From positions 1-44,914 of the IMG/VR virus record IMGVR_UViG_3300037044_000223: DNA of 44,914 nt; one strand, 5' to 3'. Made by a program: the position numbers and the translations under genes. The stretch comes from a virus. Its lineage: Duplodnaviria > Caudoviricetes. The notes below the pieces were generated by a model. The model was not told the origin of the DNA, searched no databases, and was given only the letters and a program-made list of their open reading frames with translations. This document shows positions 1 through 9,870 of this stretch, piece by piece (the stretch's first letter is position 1; each line of letters starts with the position of its first letter).

Positions 1-1110
1 TTAAAGAGGGCGGAATCTCACAAATAAAGCTTTTGTGCCATCCGGCCCTTTAAATCTGCGATTGGCAATTACAATTAAAGGTAGCCAATCGGAAACATCA
101 TTGGTCGATAAATTTCTTATCTTAAAACCAATGGTATAATATCTTCTACGGTATCCTGTTCCCATCATTATCGTGTTGGTCAACCGCATTTTATTAATTG
201 TCCAATATCCGATGAATTTTGCATATCCGGAAGGCTGCTTTCCGGATCTTCTTGGAAGCTCGTAAGCTTCCACGCGAAAACCATTGAAAGCCGATCCAAG
301 ACCGATCTCGGAAAAATACATCATATTGGGAAATAGATAATGGACATAACCTGTTCTGCCATCATGATTTCTTTTCACAAAGGCACTTATGTAAGGCGGA
401 AGCGTTAAATCATTCCAGTTTGAAGGATCAAAATACTGGATGGTATATGCACCGTCTTGAAGTGAAAACTTTTTTGGGATGATTGCTGAATATGTCAGCA
501 TCGGTTGTGCGGGAAAATTTCCGGTAGGGGATTTTGCATAGGGGCGATCATGTGCAAAATCCCATCCTTTGTAAACCAGGGAAAGCTGCGAAGATAATTG
601 TCTTGTGGTCTCCGTGTATTCAATAATGATGGAATTTCCGGGAGCAACGCCCGATCCGGAATTAAACGATATGTCTGTAATCATATCCGCTGTGGTATTG
701 TCAGGGATATCGTTTTTAAATCTGCTTCTTGTCCCTGTAAACGTATTAAACCCCGTCATCGCGGAAAATGGAACGACAGTTTTCAATATGGGTGTGATCC
801 TTCGATAAACGGTAACAAAGCCTGAATTCCAGTAAATAAATCTTCCCATCTTGACAACAACATTTCCACCATGGTTCACAAATGCAGTCAGATCGATCGA
901 TGTTGTTAATCTGGGAAATACGCCAAGATCATTTCTTAATGTATCGAGATCCTGGACTTCAGGCGAACCCATTCCAGGGATTTTTCGATAAAATACACTT
1001 CCGCTTGCAACATCCGCCATTTTTTGAAGCGTTACCGCTTTATCCACAAGATCAACAGTGTTGATGGTCGCATCTTTTACCTGAGTTCCGGGAACTTGTG
1101 TCCTGCCCAT
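1..1110 (-). CDS. Putative tail fibre / receptor-binding protein
   Basis: 369 aa. N-terminus (QVKDATINTVDLVDKAVTLQKMAD) is typical of phage fibre proteins; last gene of the fibre cluster; AT-richer distal part. Confidence 0.55.
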   Translation of the reverse strand: MGRTQVPGTQVKDATINTVDLVDKAVTLQKMADVASGSVFYRKIPGMGSPEVQDLDTLRNDLGVFPRLTTSIDLTAFVNHGGNVVVKMGRFIYWNSGFVTVYRRITPILKTVVPFSAMTGFNTFTGTRSRFKNDIPDNTTADMITDISFNSGSGVAPGNSIIIEYTETTRQLSSQLSLVYKGWDFAHDRPYAKSPTGNFPAQPMLTYSAIIPKKFSLQDGAYTIQYFDPSNWNDLTLPPYISAFVKRNHDGRTGYVHYLFPNMMYFSEIGLGSAFNGFRVEAYELPRRSGKQPSGYAKFIGYWTINKMRLTNTIMMGTGYRRRYYTIGFKIRNLSTNDVSDWLPLIVIANRRFKGPDGTKALFVRFRPL

Positions 1111-1114
1111 AAGG

Positions 1115-2056
1115 CTATCTCCAGTAAGTTACAAGGATGACATCCGTTGCAACCGGTGCGGATGCCATGGCGATGTTCTGGCCGGAAATGGTGTAGTCGT
1201 TCCCGGAGCCTGAGTTCTGAAGAAGCCCATTTAAAAAAACCATTTCGGTTCCGGCTATGGGCGCATTGGCAAGCAAAAAGGTGACATTTAAGCCATCCCG
1301 ATTACCGGCGGGAATTTCGCGAACCATATATGTGCCCATAAGAAAGGACTTGATAGCGGCCTTGAGGTTTGCCCATGTGAAACTGGCAAGCTTGTTGGAG
1401 TCGGCAGCGTTCATCAGGGCAAAAGCATCTGCATCGGCCGGCGTGGCCTTGCTTGTCCCGGAATTGATAAGCGCACCAATCGATTCAACCGTTTCATCAC
1501 CGGTATTCGTCCCTGATGTATTATCAAGAACAGACTTTTGCGCTTCAGTCATGTATCGACGGTTCAACGAATCTGCGATATCAGCCGTCGTTGCATCCTC
1601 GCCGGCAGTGACCAATCCTTTCGAATCATATGTGATCTTGGTCTTTGTCGCTCCGGTAATCGGCGCATTCGGGACAACGCCGGTGCCTTCTACGTGCACC
1701 ACGTCCCACTTGGTACCAACGGTAGCCTGATCACCTGAAGCCGTGGCATCTTCCGTGCAAAGCAGTTCATCACCGGGGATGACGGATACTCCGGAAACCC
1801 CGCCGATTTTACCCGCCACCGAGACCTTGTAAGTCCAGCCGCAATCTGCAGCCGGATAATCGGGGTTGGTCGAACAATCGACCACTCCTTTGAACACCAT
1901 CGCATCAGCGGCTGCTATGATACCGTCCGCATAAGTCTTGTTGACGGCGTCGCCCCCGTCAACCGGAGCTGCAAGATTGGTGATCTTTTTGGCGTTGAAG
2001 TTAAAATCATCATCTGCATAAACCTGTTTGGTAATCCTTAATTTGGTTGTCGTCAT
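1115..2056 (-). CDS. Phage virion/tail fibre protein
   Basis: 313 aa, Thr/Ala/Gly-rich. Carries KITNLAAPVDGGDAVNKTYAD and TKITYDSKGLVTAG motifs common in fibres, and a C-terminal VFLNGLLQ..G.DY domain. Confidence 0.65.
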   Translation of the reverse strand: MTTTKLRITKQVYADDDFNFNAKKITNLAAPVDGGDAVNKTYADGIIAAADAMVFKGVVDCSTNPDYPAADCGWTYKVSVAGKIGGVSGVSVIPGDELLCTEDATASGDQATVGTKWDVVHVEGTGVVPNAPITGATKTKITYDSKGLVTAGEDATTADIADSLNRRYMTEAQKSVLDNTSGTNTGDETVESIGALINSGTSKATPADADAFALMNAADSNKLASFTWANLKAAIKSFLMGTYMVREIPAGNRDGLNVTFLLANAPIAGTEMVFLNGLLQNSGSGNDYTISGQNIAMASAPVATDVILVTYWR

Positions 2057-2060
2057 TTTT

Positions 2061-2540
2061 TTACTCCTTTATGTAAACAATGGTTAAATGATCCGTAAAA
2101 CCGGTATTCATCGGAGCCTCTGAAAACATGATCTCATTAACTCCTTTTTCCAAAAAATCGATACCTGCCCTTTGCTTTAGTCCATTCACAAACACCTGGG
2201 TGCTCCCCGGCAAATAATCATAGGTGGTAGCAAACACCAGGTTGGCGCCATTCACCGTGCCGATAAGAACTTCGTCCACCAAGCTGCCGATGGCTGGTAA
2301 TCCGGACGGCCCGGGAATGCCCTGGGGACCGGATTCGATGGCAGAAATCTGCTCGATGGCGACTCCAATGCTTTCAATTACCGTGATTTGTTCTATCCCG
2401 TCGATGGTAACGGAAACAATCTGATCCGGTTCACTGAGTACAACCAGAACGGAATCCTCACCGCCCTCGACGGCAAGGACCTGGTCGCCATCAACAACAA
2501 CCTCAAGCACCTGGTCTTCAATAACAAGAATTTCGCTCAT
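2061..2540 (-). CDS. Phage virion protein with short collagen-like stretch
   Basis: 159 aa; GPQGIPGPSG; C-terminal VFVNGLKQ..G.DF domain; ATGA overlap with upstream gene. Confidence 0.65.
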   Translation of the reverse strand: MSEILVIEDQVLEVVVDGDQVLAVEGGEDSVLVVLSEPDQIVSVTIDGIEQITVIESIGVAIEQISAIESGPQGIPGPSGLPAIGSLVDEVLIGTVNGANLVFATTYDYLPGSTQVFVNGLKQRAGIDFLEKGVNEIMFSEAPMNTGFTDHLTIVYIKE

Positions 2541-2935
2541 ATTGCCGCCGCCGCCAGTATGGTTGCCGGCCCGTATTGCCTAAAAACGGCCTCGCCGGCC
2601 GGAGAGTAAAGGAACAAATTGTAAATACCGATCACATCCTTGTGCTGAGCGCAAAGCCCCAGGGTGTCCGCGTCATTGATATACATTTGATAAATTCCGC
2701 TCTCCGGCGTATTCAGATAAAGCCCTGTATCGCCGCCCGGCATCCAGTCATCCAATGCATGGGGGATTGCAATCAGGGGGATGGCATCCGTCAGTTTCGC
2801 CCGGATTTGCATCTTGCTGGTGTACCCGGTGATATCAACCGGTGCTAACGGGTTGCCGGACTTCCACTGAAATTTTTGATTGAATGTTCCCCCCTCTGTT
2901 ATGGTTATCGGGTACAGAAAGTTGAAGCAGCTCAT
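2537..2935 (-). CDS. Phage virion protein (fibre/baseplate-associated, LtfC/BppU-like)
   Basis: 132 aa; ITITEGGTF...PVDITGYTSKMQIRAK motif; RBS AAGGA. Confidence 0.6.
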   Translation of the reverse strand: MSCFNFLYPITITEGGTFNQKFQWKSGNPLAPVDITGYTSKMQIRAKLTDAIPLIAIPHALDDWMPGGDTGLYLNTPESGIYQMYINDADTLGLCAQHKDVIGIYNLFLYSPAGEAVFRQYGPATILAAAAI

Positions 2936-2957
2936 TTTTTATCCTTGCGAAGCACTG

Positions 2958-3371
2958 TTACGTCCTTGCCGAAAAATTCTGGAGCACAGGTAATTTTTTA
3001 TAAGACAGCCAGCCCCCCAGCCTTACCCCCCAATACATCGGCTGATAAATCCACCATGGGTTGCCCCGTGAAATCATTGCCTGCCGGAATACATCGTCAC
3101 ACTGCCCCCTGGGCAGGTCCGGCACAGACTCAATCCGGTACAGGTAATCATGCAGTACCGACTCCCGGTGCGCTCGGTCCCCCCACATCATATAGACAAT
3201 CGGTAGCCGCGGCACCGAAGCCAAATCCGTTTCAAATCCCGCCGGTACCGTTATGACCCGCTCACCACTGTCGTAAACAAGGGGGGCTTCCAGGCGGTAA
3301 ACCGTCCTTCCGCGATAAGTGCCGATATCCTCAACCCTTAAAGCACTGACAAATCCTTTTAAATTATCCAT
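2958..3371 (-). CDS. DUF1353 family protein
   Basis: ITVPAGFETDLASVPR and ESVLHDYLY motifs; start taken at ATG 3371, overlapping the radical SAM stop. Confidence 0.85.
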   Translation of the reverse strand: MDNLKGFVSALRVEDIGTYRGRTVYRLEAPLVYDSGERVITVPAGFETDLASVPRLPIVYMMWGDRAHRESVLHDYLYRIESVPDLPRGQCDDVFRQAMISRGNPWWIYQPMYWGVRLGGWLSYKKLPVLQNFSART

Positions 3372-4665
3372 GGTGAAGCGCCCTTTCTTTCTGTAAGGTG
3401 TCATAGAAAAAGCTCAATTTGTGTCCAATGACAATGGCGGTCCAGGCTGTCGCGTCGTTGTTTTTCATAATGTCCAGACTTTCAGACAACACGTTTCTGA
3501 AATTGTAGATATTTCGGGTCAGTTGAATGTAACCGTTTGCAAGCTGATCTATTGTCATAAGTTTGGGTTGATAGACGATGTGACGGTTATCGTAATGCTC
3601 CCAGTTGGTATCAATGATTCTGCCTTCTGCTACTATACGTTGTCCAAGTACGGTATTTGGATAAGGAACAAGGATGTTCACCATGGCGGAATCAATTTTC
3701 GATTTCTGATAACAATCATAAATCCGGTCAAATACCCCAGGGTCATCACTATCAAGCCCGCACATGAAGTTGCCTTGCACGACGATCCCGTGGTCATGCG
3801 CGCATTGGATGATAACCCTCAAGGTATCGGTCAAATTGCCCGATCCCTGTTTTTTCAGTCTTGCGGTAGGCGTTTCGACCCCGAGCGTGATCCATTTCAC
3901 GCCTCCGTGCGCCAGGTCCGGGATCATCTCCAGATCTTGCTGTCTGGCTATGGTTGTTTCAACGCAGATATCTTTTTTCAGCGGTGCTATGGCTTTCATC
4001 AGTTCTTTGGTGTGCCGCTTGTTCAGGCCGAAAGTTGCGTCACACAGCCACATGAACCTGCCCTTTGTCTGGGCCACTTCGTTATAGATTGTCTCGACCT
4101 TTCTCATAACATATTCGCCGGGCAGGTAAGGGCTGCAAAATTCACAGGCATAAGGGCAGCCCAGGGAAGTTGGGATACAGGGAAACTGGAACCAGCTCTT
4201 GTCATTATGTGGTTGATAAGGCACAATCGGGTATCTGAATCTTTTCTCTTTGTCGATAACCAGGATTGGCCGCTGCATGTTAGGAATGATCTTTCCTTCG
4301 CTGATATTGCGGAGGAGTGTTTTCCATTGCTGCTCGCAGATGCTGTTGACAATCACGTCGCAGTAGGGAATGGCTTCCTGGTAGGTCTGCGAGCCCCGAA
4401 AATGGGGGCCGCCAAGAATGACGATTTTACCCTCAGCGCGCAGCCTTTCGGCGACCCGGTAAGTTGCGTTTGCCGTCTGCGTGTAAACGCTGAAGCCCAC
4501 GACGTTTGTATCACGGGGGGCGTAAACAGAATTTTCCTTGCAGACAGATGCCCGCGCCTGCCAGCCCAGCGATTCCGACCACAGCTTCAAGGCGTCCAAT
4601 ACAATGGGGTAAGCCAGGTTGATAAGACTGAAGCGCCGGTATAGATGATACAAATCGATTTTCAT
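3364..4665 (-). CDS. B12-binding domain radical SAM protein (copy 2)
   Basis: CPYACEFC cluster motif; N-terminal cobalamin-binding-like GFSVYT...VILGGPH; PYPNT motif; RBS GGGAG before ATG 4665 (433 aa). Confidence 0.88.
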   Translation of the reverse strand: MKIDLYHLYRRFSLINLAYPIVLDALKLWSESLGWQARASVCKENSVYAPRDTNVVGFSVYTQTANATYRVAERLRAEGKIVILGGPHFRGSQTYQEAIPYCDVIVNSICEQQWKTLLRNISEGKIIPNMQRPILVIDKEKRFRYPIVPYQPHNDKSWFQFPCIPTSLGCPYACEFCSPYLPGEYVMRKVETIYNEVAQTKGRFMWLCDATFGLNKRHTKELMKAIAPLKKDICVETTIARQQDLEMIPDLAHGGVKWITLGVETPTARLKKQGSGNLTDTLRVIIQCAHDHGIVVQGNFMCGLDSDDPGVFDRIYDCYQKSKIDSAMVNILVPYPNTVLGQRIVAEGRIIDTNWEHYDNRHIVYQPKLMTIDQLANGYIQLTRNIYNFRNVLSESLDIMKNNDATAWTAIVIGHKLSFFYDTLQKERALHHG

Positions 4666-4684
4666 AAGTTTTGGTCTCCCATCG

Positions 4685-6166
4685 TTACCGCAGTCCGAAT
4701 AATTTCCGGAAATGCAGGCCGTAAAGCGAAAACGATACGGCATCCGCCATCAGGTTGGGCCTGGCAAATAAGGTCCACAGCAGAAGCGACCAGTAATGCC
4801 ACCGTCCCGAGTCCTGCACGCCGAGCGCATAAAACGATTTGAAAAAAGTCACCAGTGCCACGATACCTATCTCCGCTGGTAAGTTCGGGTGCGGGTTGTA
4901 TTCGCGCAAAAGCTTCCGGATTCTCTGGTAGAAAGGCTTGGGCGAATATATGTCATGCAGGATTCTCAAATAACCCTTTACGAGTTCTTTGGGATCCATC
5001 ACAGGGACATAATTCAAAGTCAGGTCCGTGTTGTTTCCTGAAGCTTCGGAAATGATCCTGTTTTCTGATTCATACCGCCTGTAAAGTGCCGTTTTTTTGG
5101 GGGCGTTCAGAAGGCCCACCATGGCCGAAACAATCCCGCTTTGCTGGATGAAATCAATCTGCCGCTGGAAAGTGGTTTCCGTGTCGCTGTCAAAACCGAC
5201 AATAAAACCGGCCGACACCTGCAGGCCGGCGTTTTGCATTTTTTTAACACTCTGAAGCATATCCCGATTGCTGTTCTGTTTCTTGTTGCATTCTTTCAGG
5301 GATTTTTCCTCTGGGGTTTCGATCCCGATAAAAACAGAACTGAAGCCGGTTGCAACCATCAAAGAAAGCATTTCGTCATCGTCGGCAAGATCAACGGAAG
5401 CCTGCGTGTTGAACGTGAAAGGAAAGTTGTGCCGTTCCATCCAATCTTTCATGGCGGGGAGCAGGTTGTATTTGACTTCTTTTCGGCACCCGATGAAATT
5501 GTCATCGACAATGAGTACATGCCCGCGCCAGTTCAGATCGAAAAGCGCCTGCAGCTCGTCAATGACCTGCTGGGTGCTTTTCATCCGGACCTTACGTCCG
5601 AACAGTGCGGTTATCTCGCAGAACTCGCAGGAAAACGGGCAACCGCGGGAAACCTGGATGCTCATGAAAACGTAGTCTTTCAGTGACATCAGATGATAAT
5701 CGGGTATGGGCGTCAGCGTCAGGTCCGCAAATCTGCTGGTTTTATAGATCCTTTCCGGCGTTTGACCCGAGGCCAAGGCATTCAGAAACGGGGGAAGCGT
5801 GATTTCTGCTTCATTCAATATGAAATGATCGACTTCCGGATAATTTTCATATTCCTGGGTGAACAGGGGTCCGCCGGCGACGATCTTGACCTTGTGCTTC
5901 AAACACCGCTTGATTATCTCGCTCACCGATTTTTTTTGAATATACATGGCGCTGATAAACACATAATCGGCCCAAGCCAGGTCCTTTGGCCAGAGCGGAG
6001 AAATGTTCAGATTCACCAGCTTTTTATTCCACTCTTTCGGAAGCATTGCCGACACTGTCAGCATGCCAAGCGGCGGGCATGCCGCCTTTTTATTGACAAA
6101 ACGCAAAATGGATTTAAAGGTCCAGAACGAATCCGGGTAATGCGGGACCACCAATAATATGTTCAT
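4685..6166 (-). CDS. B12-binding domain radical SAM protein with DUF4070-type C-terminus (HpnP-related family)
   Basis: MNILLVVPHYPDSFW, PPLGMLTV, VAGGPLFT, SRGCPFSCEFC, VDDNFIG, GFIVGFDSD; RBS AAGGA and ATGA overlap with SLT stop (493 aa). Confidence 0.92.
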   Translation of the reverse strand: MNILLVVPHYPDSFWTFKSILRFVNKKAACPPLGMLTVSAMLPKEWNKKLVNLNISPLWPKDLAWADYVFISAMYIQKKSVSEIIKRCLKHKVKIVAGGPLFTQEYENYPEVDHFILNEAEITLPPFLNALASGQTPERIYKTSRFADLTLTPIPDYHLMSLKDYVFMSIQVSRGCPFSCEFCEITALFGRKVRMKSTQQVIDELQALFDLNWRGHVLIVDDNFIGCRKEVKYNLLPAMKDWMERHNFPFTFNTQASVDLADDDEMLSLMVATGFSSVFIGIETPEEKSLKECNKKQNSNRDMLQSVKKMQNAGLQVSAGFIVGFDSDTETTFQRQIDFIQQSGIVSAMVGLLNAPKKTALYRRYESENRIISEASGNNTDLTLNYVPVMDPKELVKGYLRILHDIYSPKPFYQRIRKLLREYNPHPNLPAEIGIVALVTFFKSFYALGVQDSGRWHYWSLLLWTLFARPNLMADAVSFSLYGLHFRKLFGLR

Positions 6167-6699
6167 GGTGCTTTCCTTATGTACTTTGACATCAGGGATA
6201 TTATTTTTGTCACATAGCCAAGCGTTTCGCAGCTTTTCCAGCCAGGCACAAATTTTGCGACCGCCGCGATGCTTGCCCACAGGTTCGGTTCAACAGTACA
6301 CAGCTTTTGGGCTTTTAAGATATTTCCGGCCCCGGCATTGTATGACGCGAACATAAGCGCCAACCGGTCCAGTTCCGGCCGGGGGTTTGACCACATCCGG
6401 TATAATTTCCGATCGTAAAAAATACCGGCTTCAATATTTTGCTCAGGATCCTCAACATTTGTAATCCACGGGCAGTGGTACTTTTTGATTTCTGCAAATG
6501 TCGCAGGCATGATCTGCAGGATGCCCTTTGCGCCGCACCATGACACGGCTGCCGGATCTATTCCGGATTCTGCAATTGCCTGCGCCCGAAACCACCGCCA
6601 ATCAAAGTCCGCGCCGAAGTATTTCTCCGAATATTTTGAGAAAAACATGTCATACTTGGTTGTAAACGCCGGAGAATCAACGGTTGTACCAATCTTCAT
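6163..6699 (-). CDS. Lytic transglycosylase (SLT domain), probable endolysin
   Basis: AQAIAES catalytic Glu motif, GAKGILQIMPAT and ASYNAGAG. Confidence 0.92.
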   Translation of the reverse strand: MKIGTTVDSPAFTTKYDMFFSKYSEKYFGADFDWRWFRAQAIAESGIDPAAVSWCGAKGILQIMPATFAEIKKYHCPWITNVEDPEQNIEAGIFYDRKLYRMWSNPRPELDRLALMFASYNAGAGNILKAQKLCTVEPNLWASIAAVAKFVPGWKSCETLGYVTKIISLMSKYIRKAP

Positions 6700-6732
6700 A
6701 CTATCCCTCCCATTATTTTGAGAATTTGACCG

Positions 6733-7125
6733 TTATGGTGAAAGTCTGAGTCCCTTTATAGGGCCTTGAACAGGTTTGCGTTTCGTAAATTCGAAAGGGA
6801 CAAATATCGAATACGATTTACCTCCTGCTTCAGTCTTATCGGCCCCGTAATATCCCCAGTTCTGGGAATACCGCACATACCAGTTATAATCTCCTGGGCC
6901 GATATCCTTTAAATCGTACCGGATCGAGCCATCCGCCTCGTTATTCGCCGAAACGACCAGCTTTCCTGAAACTACGATCATTTCTTCAGGGAGGCCTTTG
7001 ACATTTGACCAAATTTCATACTGCATCCCGATTGCTGCTGACTGTGGATCCGACACCAAAAAAGCAGCGTTGGTATTGAATGCCGATATAACCACCAAAA
7101 ACAGAGTAAGAATTAATGTTTTCAT
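6733..7125 (-). CDS. Hypothetical exported protein
   Basis: 130 aa; signal-peptide-like MKTLILTLFLVVISAFNTNA; RBS GGGGGAG. Confidence 0.7.
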   Translation of the reverse strand: MKTLILTLFLVVISAFNTNAAFLVSDPQSAAIGMQYEIWSNVKGLPEEMIVVSGKLVVSANNEADGSIRYDLKDIGPGDYNWYVRYSQNWGYYGADKTEAGGKSYSIFVPFEFTKRKPVQGPIKGLRLSP

Positions 7126-7141
7126 GATTCACTCCCCCCTT

Positions 7142-7576
7142 TCATTTACTGAATAAATTTGTCCTTTCCCGGATAGTCGTTTCAAGAATGGCGATTTGCC
7201 TTGCAAGTTCAGCAATCGCCCGGTTGCGCTCATCTTTTCCTTTCTCGCGTTTTTCTTCCAGTTCTTCTATTTTGGTAAATAAATCATCCAGCTTGCCCGT
7301 GACGTTATTCGTTGCACATATTTTTTCCTGGAGGCATACGGCCTGTCTGTCCCTGCAAAAAGCAAAAGGAACAAGCTTCGTGATTTCATCTTGAAGTTTT
7401 TCTGTCATTTGTCGCGGTGTTAAAATACCCACCTCCTCCCTTAAATTCGCCAAGTCTTTTTGATGTTGCTCAAGCGTTTTTTCGTGGGAAGAAATTGCAT
7501 ATCGGGCGCCTCCCCATGCCGCCGCCGTCGACGCCACCAGTACGATGATCCATTGTAGAAAGTGAACCGTTTCCAT
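7142..7576 (-). CDS. Membrane-anchored coiled-coil protein (holin/lysis-region candidate)
   Basis: One N-terminal TM segment followed by coiled coil; upstream of endolysin; start may be GTG 7588. Confidence 0.55.
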   Translation of the reverse strand: METVHFLQWIIVLVASTAAAWGGARYAISSHEKTLEQHQKDLANLREEVGILTPRQMTEKLQDEITKLVPFAFCRDRQAVCLQEKICATNNVTGKLDDLFTKIEELEEKREKGKDERNRAIAELARQIAILETTIRERTNLFSK

Positions 7577-7592
7577 TTTACTCACCAATCAT

Positions 7593-7763
7593 TGTGTTTT
7601 TGTAAAAAGTCGAAATTGGGATGGCAAAGTAAAAAGTTCAAGATCAAGGCGTGCGCACCGGAGCTTTCGGCGACAACTCCTGAGGAGTGAGGCGTACGAC
7701 CAGTACGCCGCAACGACGAAGGATGCAGCACAACGCAGATATTGGACTTTTTACGAAGCCATC
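7593..7763. mobile_element. MITE-like element, copy 1 (171 bp)
   Basis: Core GAGGAGTGAGGCGTAC...GCAACGACGAAGGATG shared with copies at 34807 and 41374; imperfect terminal inverted repeats; flanks AATCAT/AGTCAT. Confidence 0.8.
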
Positions 7764-9444
7764 AGTCATAAAAAGGGATCAGCACAATGGCTGCATCGGC
7801 AATTTTGTCATGCACAGGCAGCGCCGCCAAGGTTTCCTCAACCGAATCATATCCGGCTTCACAATCCTCGTTGAACTCATACTCGACATAGCCGTACCAA
7901 TTCCCATTGGGGCAGGTATTGGCAATCTGTATAAAATGCGTTTTCCCGGTGCTGCTTCCAGCCTGGTCGTTTACCCATTCCGGCTTCACCGTCTGCAAAG
8001 ATTTTGGTGAAGGGGAAGATGTGTCGCCGTCCGATGTTGTCACGGTTATTTTTGAAAATTCATCGTCACTGTTGATAGAAGAAGGCCGCTCCGTAAAGCA
8101 CGTTAAGCTCGTAGTTAATGTGCACTTCCCCGATGTGTCCCATAGTGCAATTCCAATTGTCTCGCCGTCGCACGGCGAAAGCTCCGCATGGAAGCCATAC
8201 CCGATGTAATATGTTCCCTGAAAATTGTCAGTGACCGCATATCTTACCCGGTAGGGGATTGAAGATTTGACCACAATTGATTTTTCATAGGTCCGGCCTG
8301 CGTAAATATACCGGTATCTGTAATCCGAACTGCGCGCCACTCCAGACGATGGCGCCTGCCACCAGGCCGCGGGAAGCTGGTGTATTTGGTCGGCATCTGG
8401 TGTCGTAGTCTGCGCCTCAACTTTCCAGTAGGGGATCGTGTCCTCATATCTCCCGATTGCCACCCGATTCGACGGGTTATCCTTATCGCTTGCTTTATAC
8501 TTGCCGGGGTATTGTGCGGCCAGCCCAGCAGTGCATTGGTATTCAATCCAGTATTTAAGAGGGTCATCGAGCGGGTCATCGGGCTCAATTTTCCAGTATC
8601 CGGTATCCGGGTCCAGGTCATAGGTTATGGCTTGATATGCGCCGGCGCTGTCTTTGACTTTTAGGTAAGTCAGCAGCGCGGCGTTTACCGGGGTTCCGTC
8701 CCCGCGGGTCAGTTTTATTTGCAGTCCGCAGGGTTTGGGGTTTTGCTCGAACCCGATCACCACCGGGGTGTTGGCAAGCCCTCGATCCCGATACTCAACA
8801 ATCACCCGATCCCCAACAGTAAAGGCTGCACCGTTGCATTCCATGTACTCGATCTGCACCCCGTCCAGGTTCATTTTTTCGTTTATGTCGAGGCCCTGCT
8901 GGCAGGAAGTAGCGGTGTCGAGTGTAACGCTGCACGCATTTTCATCAATTTCCGTGATTTCCCCGATCCGATAAGTCGGCATCCACTTTTGCCAGCCAGG
9001 CAGGAAAGCAAGGTTGCAAAATGCTTGTACAGGCGTCATGGCCCGGATATCCACAAGCTGGCCGTCGCGTTCCGGGTCATGCGCGGCATCATCGGCGTAT
9101 CCCGGCCGGATATTGATACCGGCATCCGGATCACCGTTGATTTCTATCGTCCCGACGATCCCGGATAATTCATCCGATAAATCCGCGCACCAGGCAGAAA
9201 CCGTCTGGTCTTCCGGGATAAGCTCCAGAGATTCTTTCTGTTTAATGAGCGATGCGCTAAGCAGCCTAAGCCCTGGGCCCTTAAAGTCCGGATCACCGAT
9301 CGGCAAATCCGCGATCTGGGCCTCGACATCCGCAAGCATGGCGTCAAGTCTGGCCAGGTTCTCTTCAACCGCGTCCCGGTTGCTCAGAAGCGTTACAGAG
9401 TATTGGCCGTCCCCCAGGTTGGTTTTGATTTCGCCCTTGCCCAT
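7762..9444 (-). CDS. Tail tip / baseplate hub-like protein
   Basis: 560 aa; PGWQKWMPTYRIGEI and IEYMECNGAAF..GDRV motifs of phage tail tip proteins; position in tail module. Confidence 0.65.
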   Translation of the reverse strand: MGKGEIKTNLGDGQYSVTLLSNRDAVEENLARLDAMLADVEAQIADLPIGDPDFKGPGLRLLSASLIKQKESLELIPEDQTVSAWCADLSDELSGIVGTIEINGDPDAGINIRPGYADDAAHDPERDGQLVDIRAMTPVQAFCNLAFLPGWQKWMPTYRIGEITEIDENACSVTLDTATSCQQGLDINEKMNLDGVQIEYMECNGAAFTVGDRVIVEYRDRGLANTPVVIGFEQNPKPCGLQIKLTRGDGTPVNAALLTYLKVKDSAGAYQAITYDLDPDTGYWKIEPDDPLDDPLKYWIEYQCTAGLAAQYPGKYKASDKDNPSNRVAIGRYEDTIPYWKVEAQTTTPDADQIHQLPAAWWQAPSSGVARSSDYRYRYIYAGRTYEKSIVVKSSIPYRVRYAVTDNFQGTYYIGYGFHAELSPCDGETIGIALWDTSGKCTLTTSLTCFTERPSSINSDDEFSKITVTTSDGDTSSPSPKSLQTVKPEWVNDQAGSSTGKTHFIQIANTCPNGNWYGYVEYEFNEDCEAGYDSVEETLAALPVHDKIADAAIVLIPFYD

Positions 9445-9870
9445 TTACGCCTCGACATCCATCTGACTGGAACCCGGTCCGACTGCGATCGTAACCGCTC
9501 TTGCTTCAAATGTTTTGCTTCCGGCAAAAACAGTGTCGCCGGGTTCCAGGTATGTGTCCGGCACCACAGTTCTTGCCGCTGCGGGTGCAGCGCCGGAAGT
9601 CTTTCTGTAAGTGATCCCTTTCAGGAAAATTTCTTTGGGTGTTTTGGTCACATTTTTATACCCGTCCAGAACCACGGACCGATTCCGGCCGCCTTCGTAA
9701 ATCTGGATATTGTCCAGCGTTACCCGTGCAATTTCTTCGTGTTGGTATGCGATACCGTTTTCGGATATGACTTTGTAAAGAACCAGTTCGCCATGCAGAC
9801 GGGCGGCGATTTCGCCAGCATGGTTCAGTGAAGGCACGGCAACGCTCAAATAATTTTGGACTCTGGTCAT
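9445..9870 (-). CDS. Minor tail protein (possibly the C-terminal part of a split gene)
   Basis: ATG 9870 overlaps the upstream TGA; stop abuts the next start codon. Confidence 0.6.
   Translation of the reverse strand: MTRVQNYLSVAVPSLNHAGEIAARLHGELVLYKVISENGIAYQHEEIARVTLDNIQIYEGGRNRSVVLDGYKNVTKTPKEIFLKGITYRKTSGAAPAAARTVVPDTYLEPGDTVFAGSKTFEARAVTIAVGPGSSQMDVEA

Noticed and set aside
3421-4644. 407-aa plus-strand ORF and other long antisense ORFs over phage genes
   Set aside because: Shadow frames of well-supported minus-strand genes
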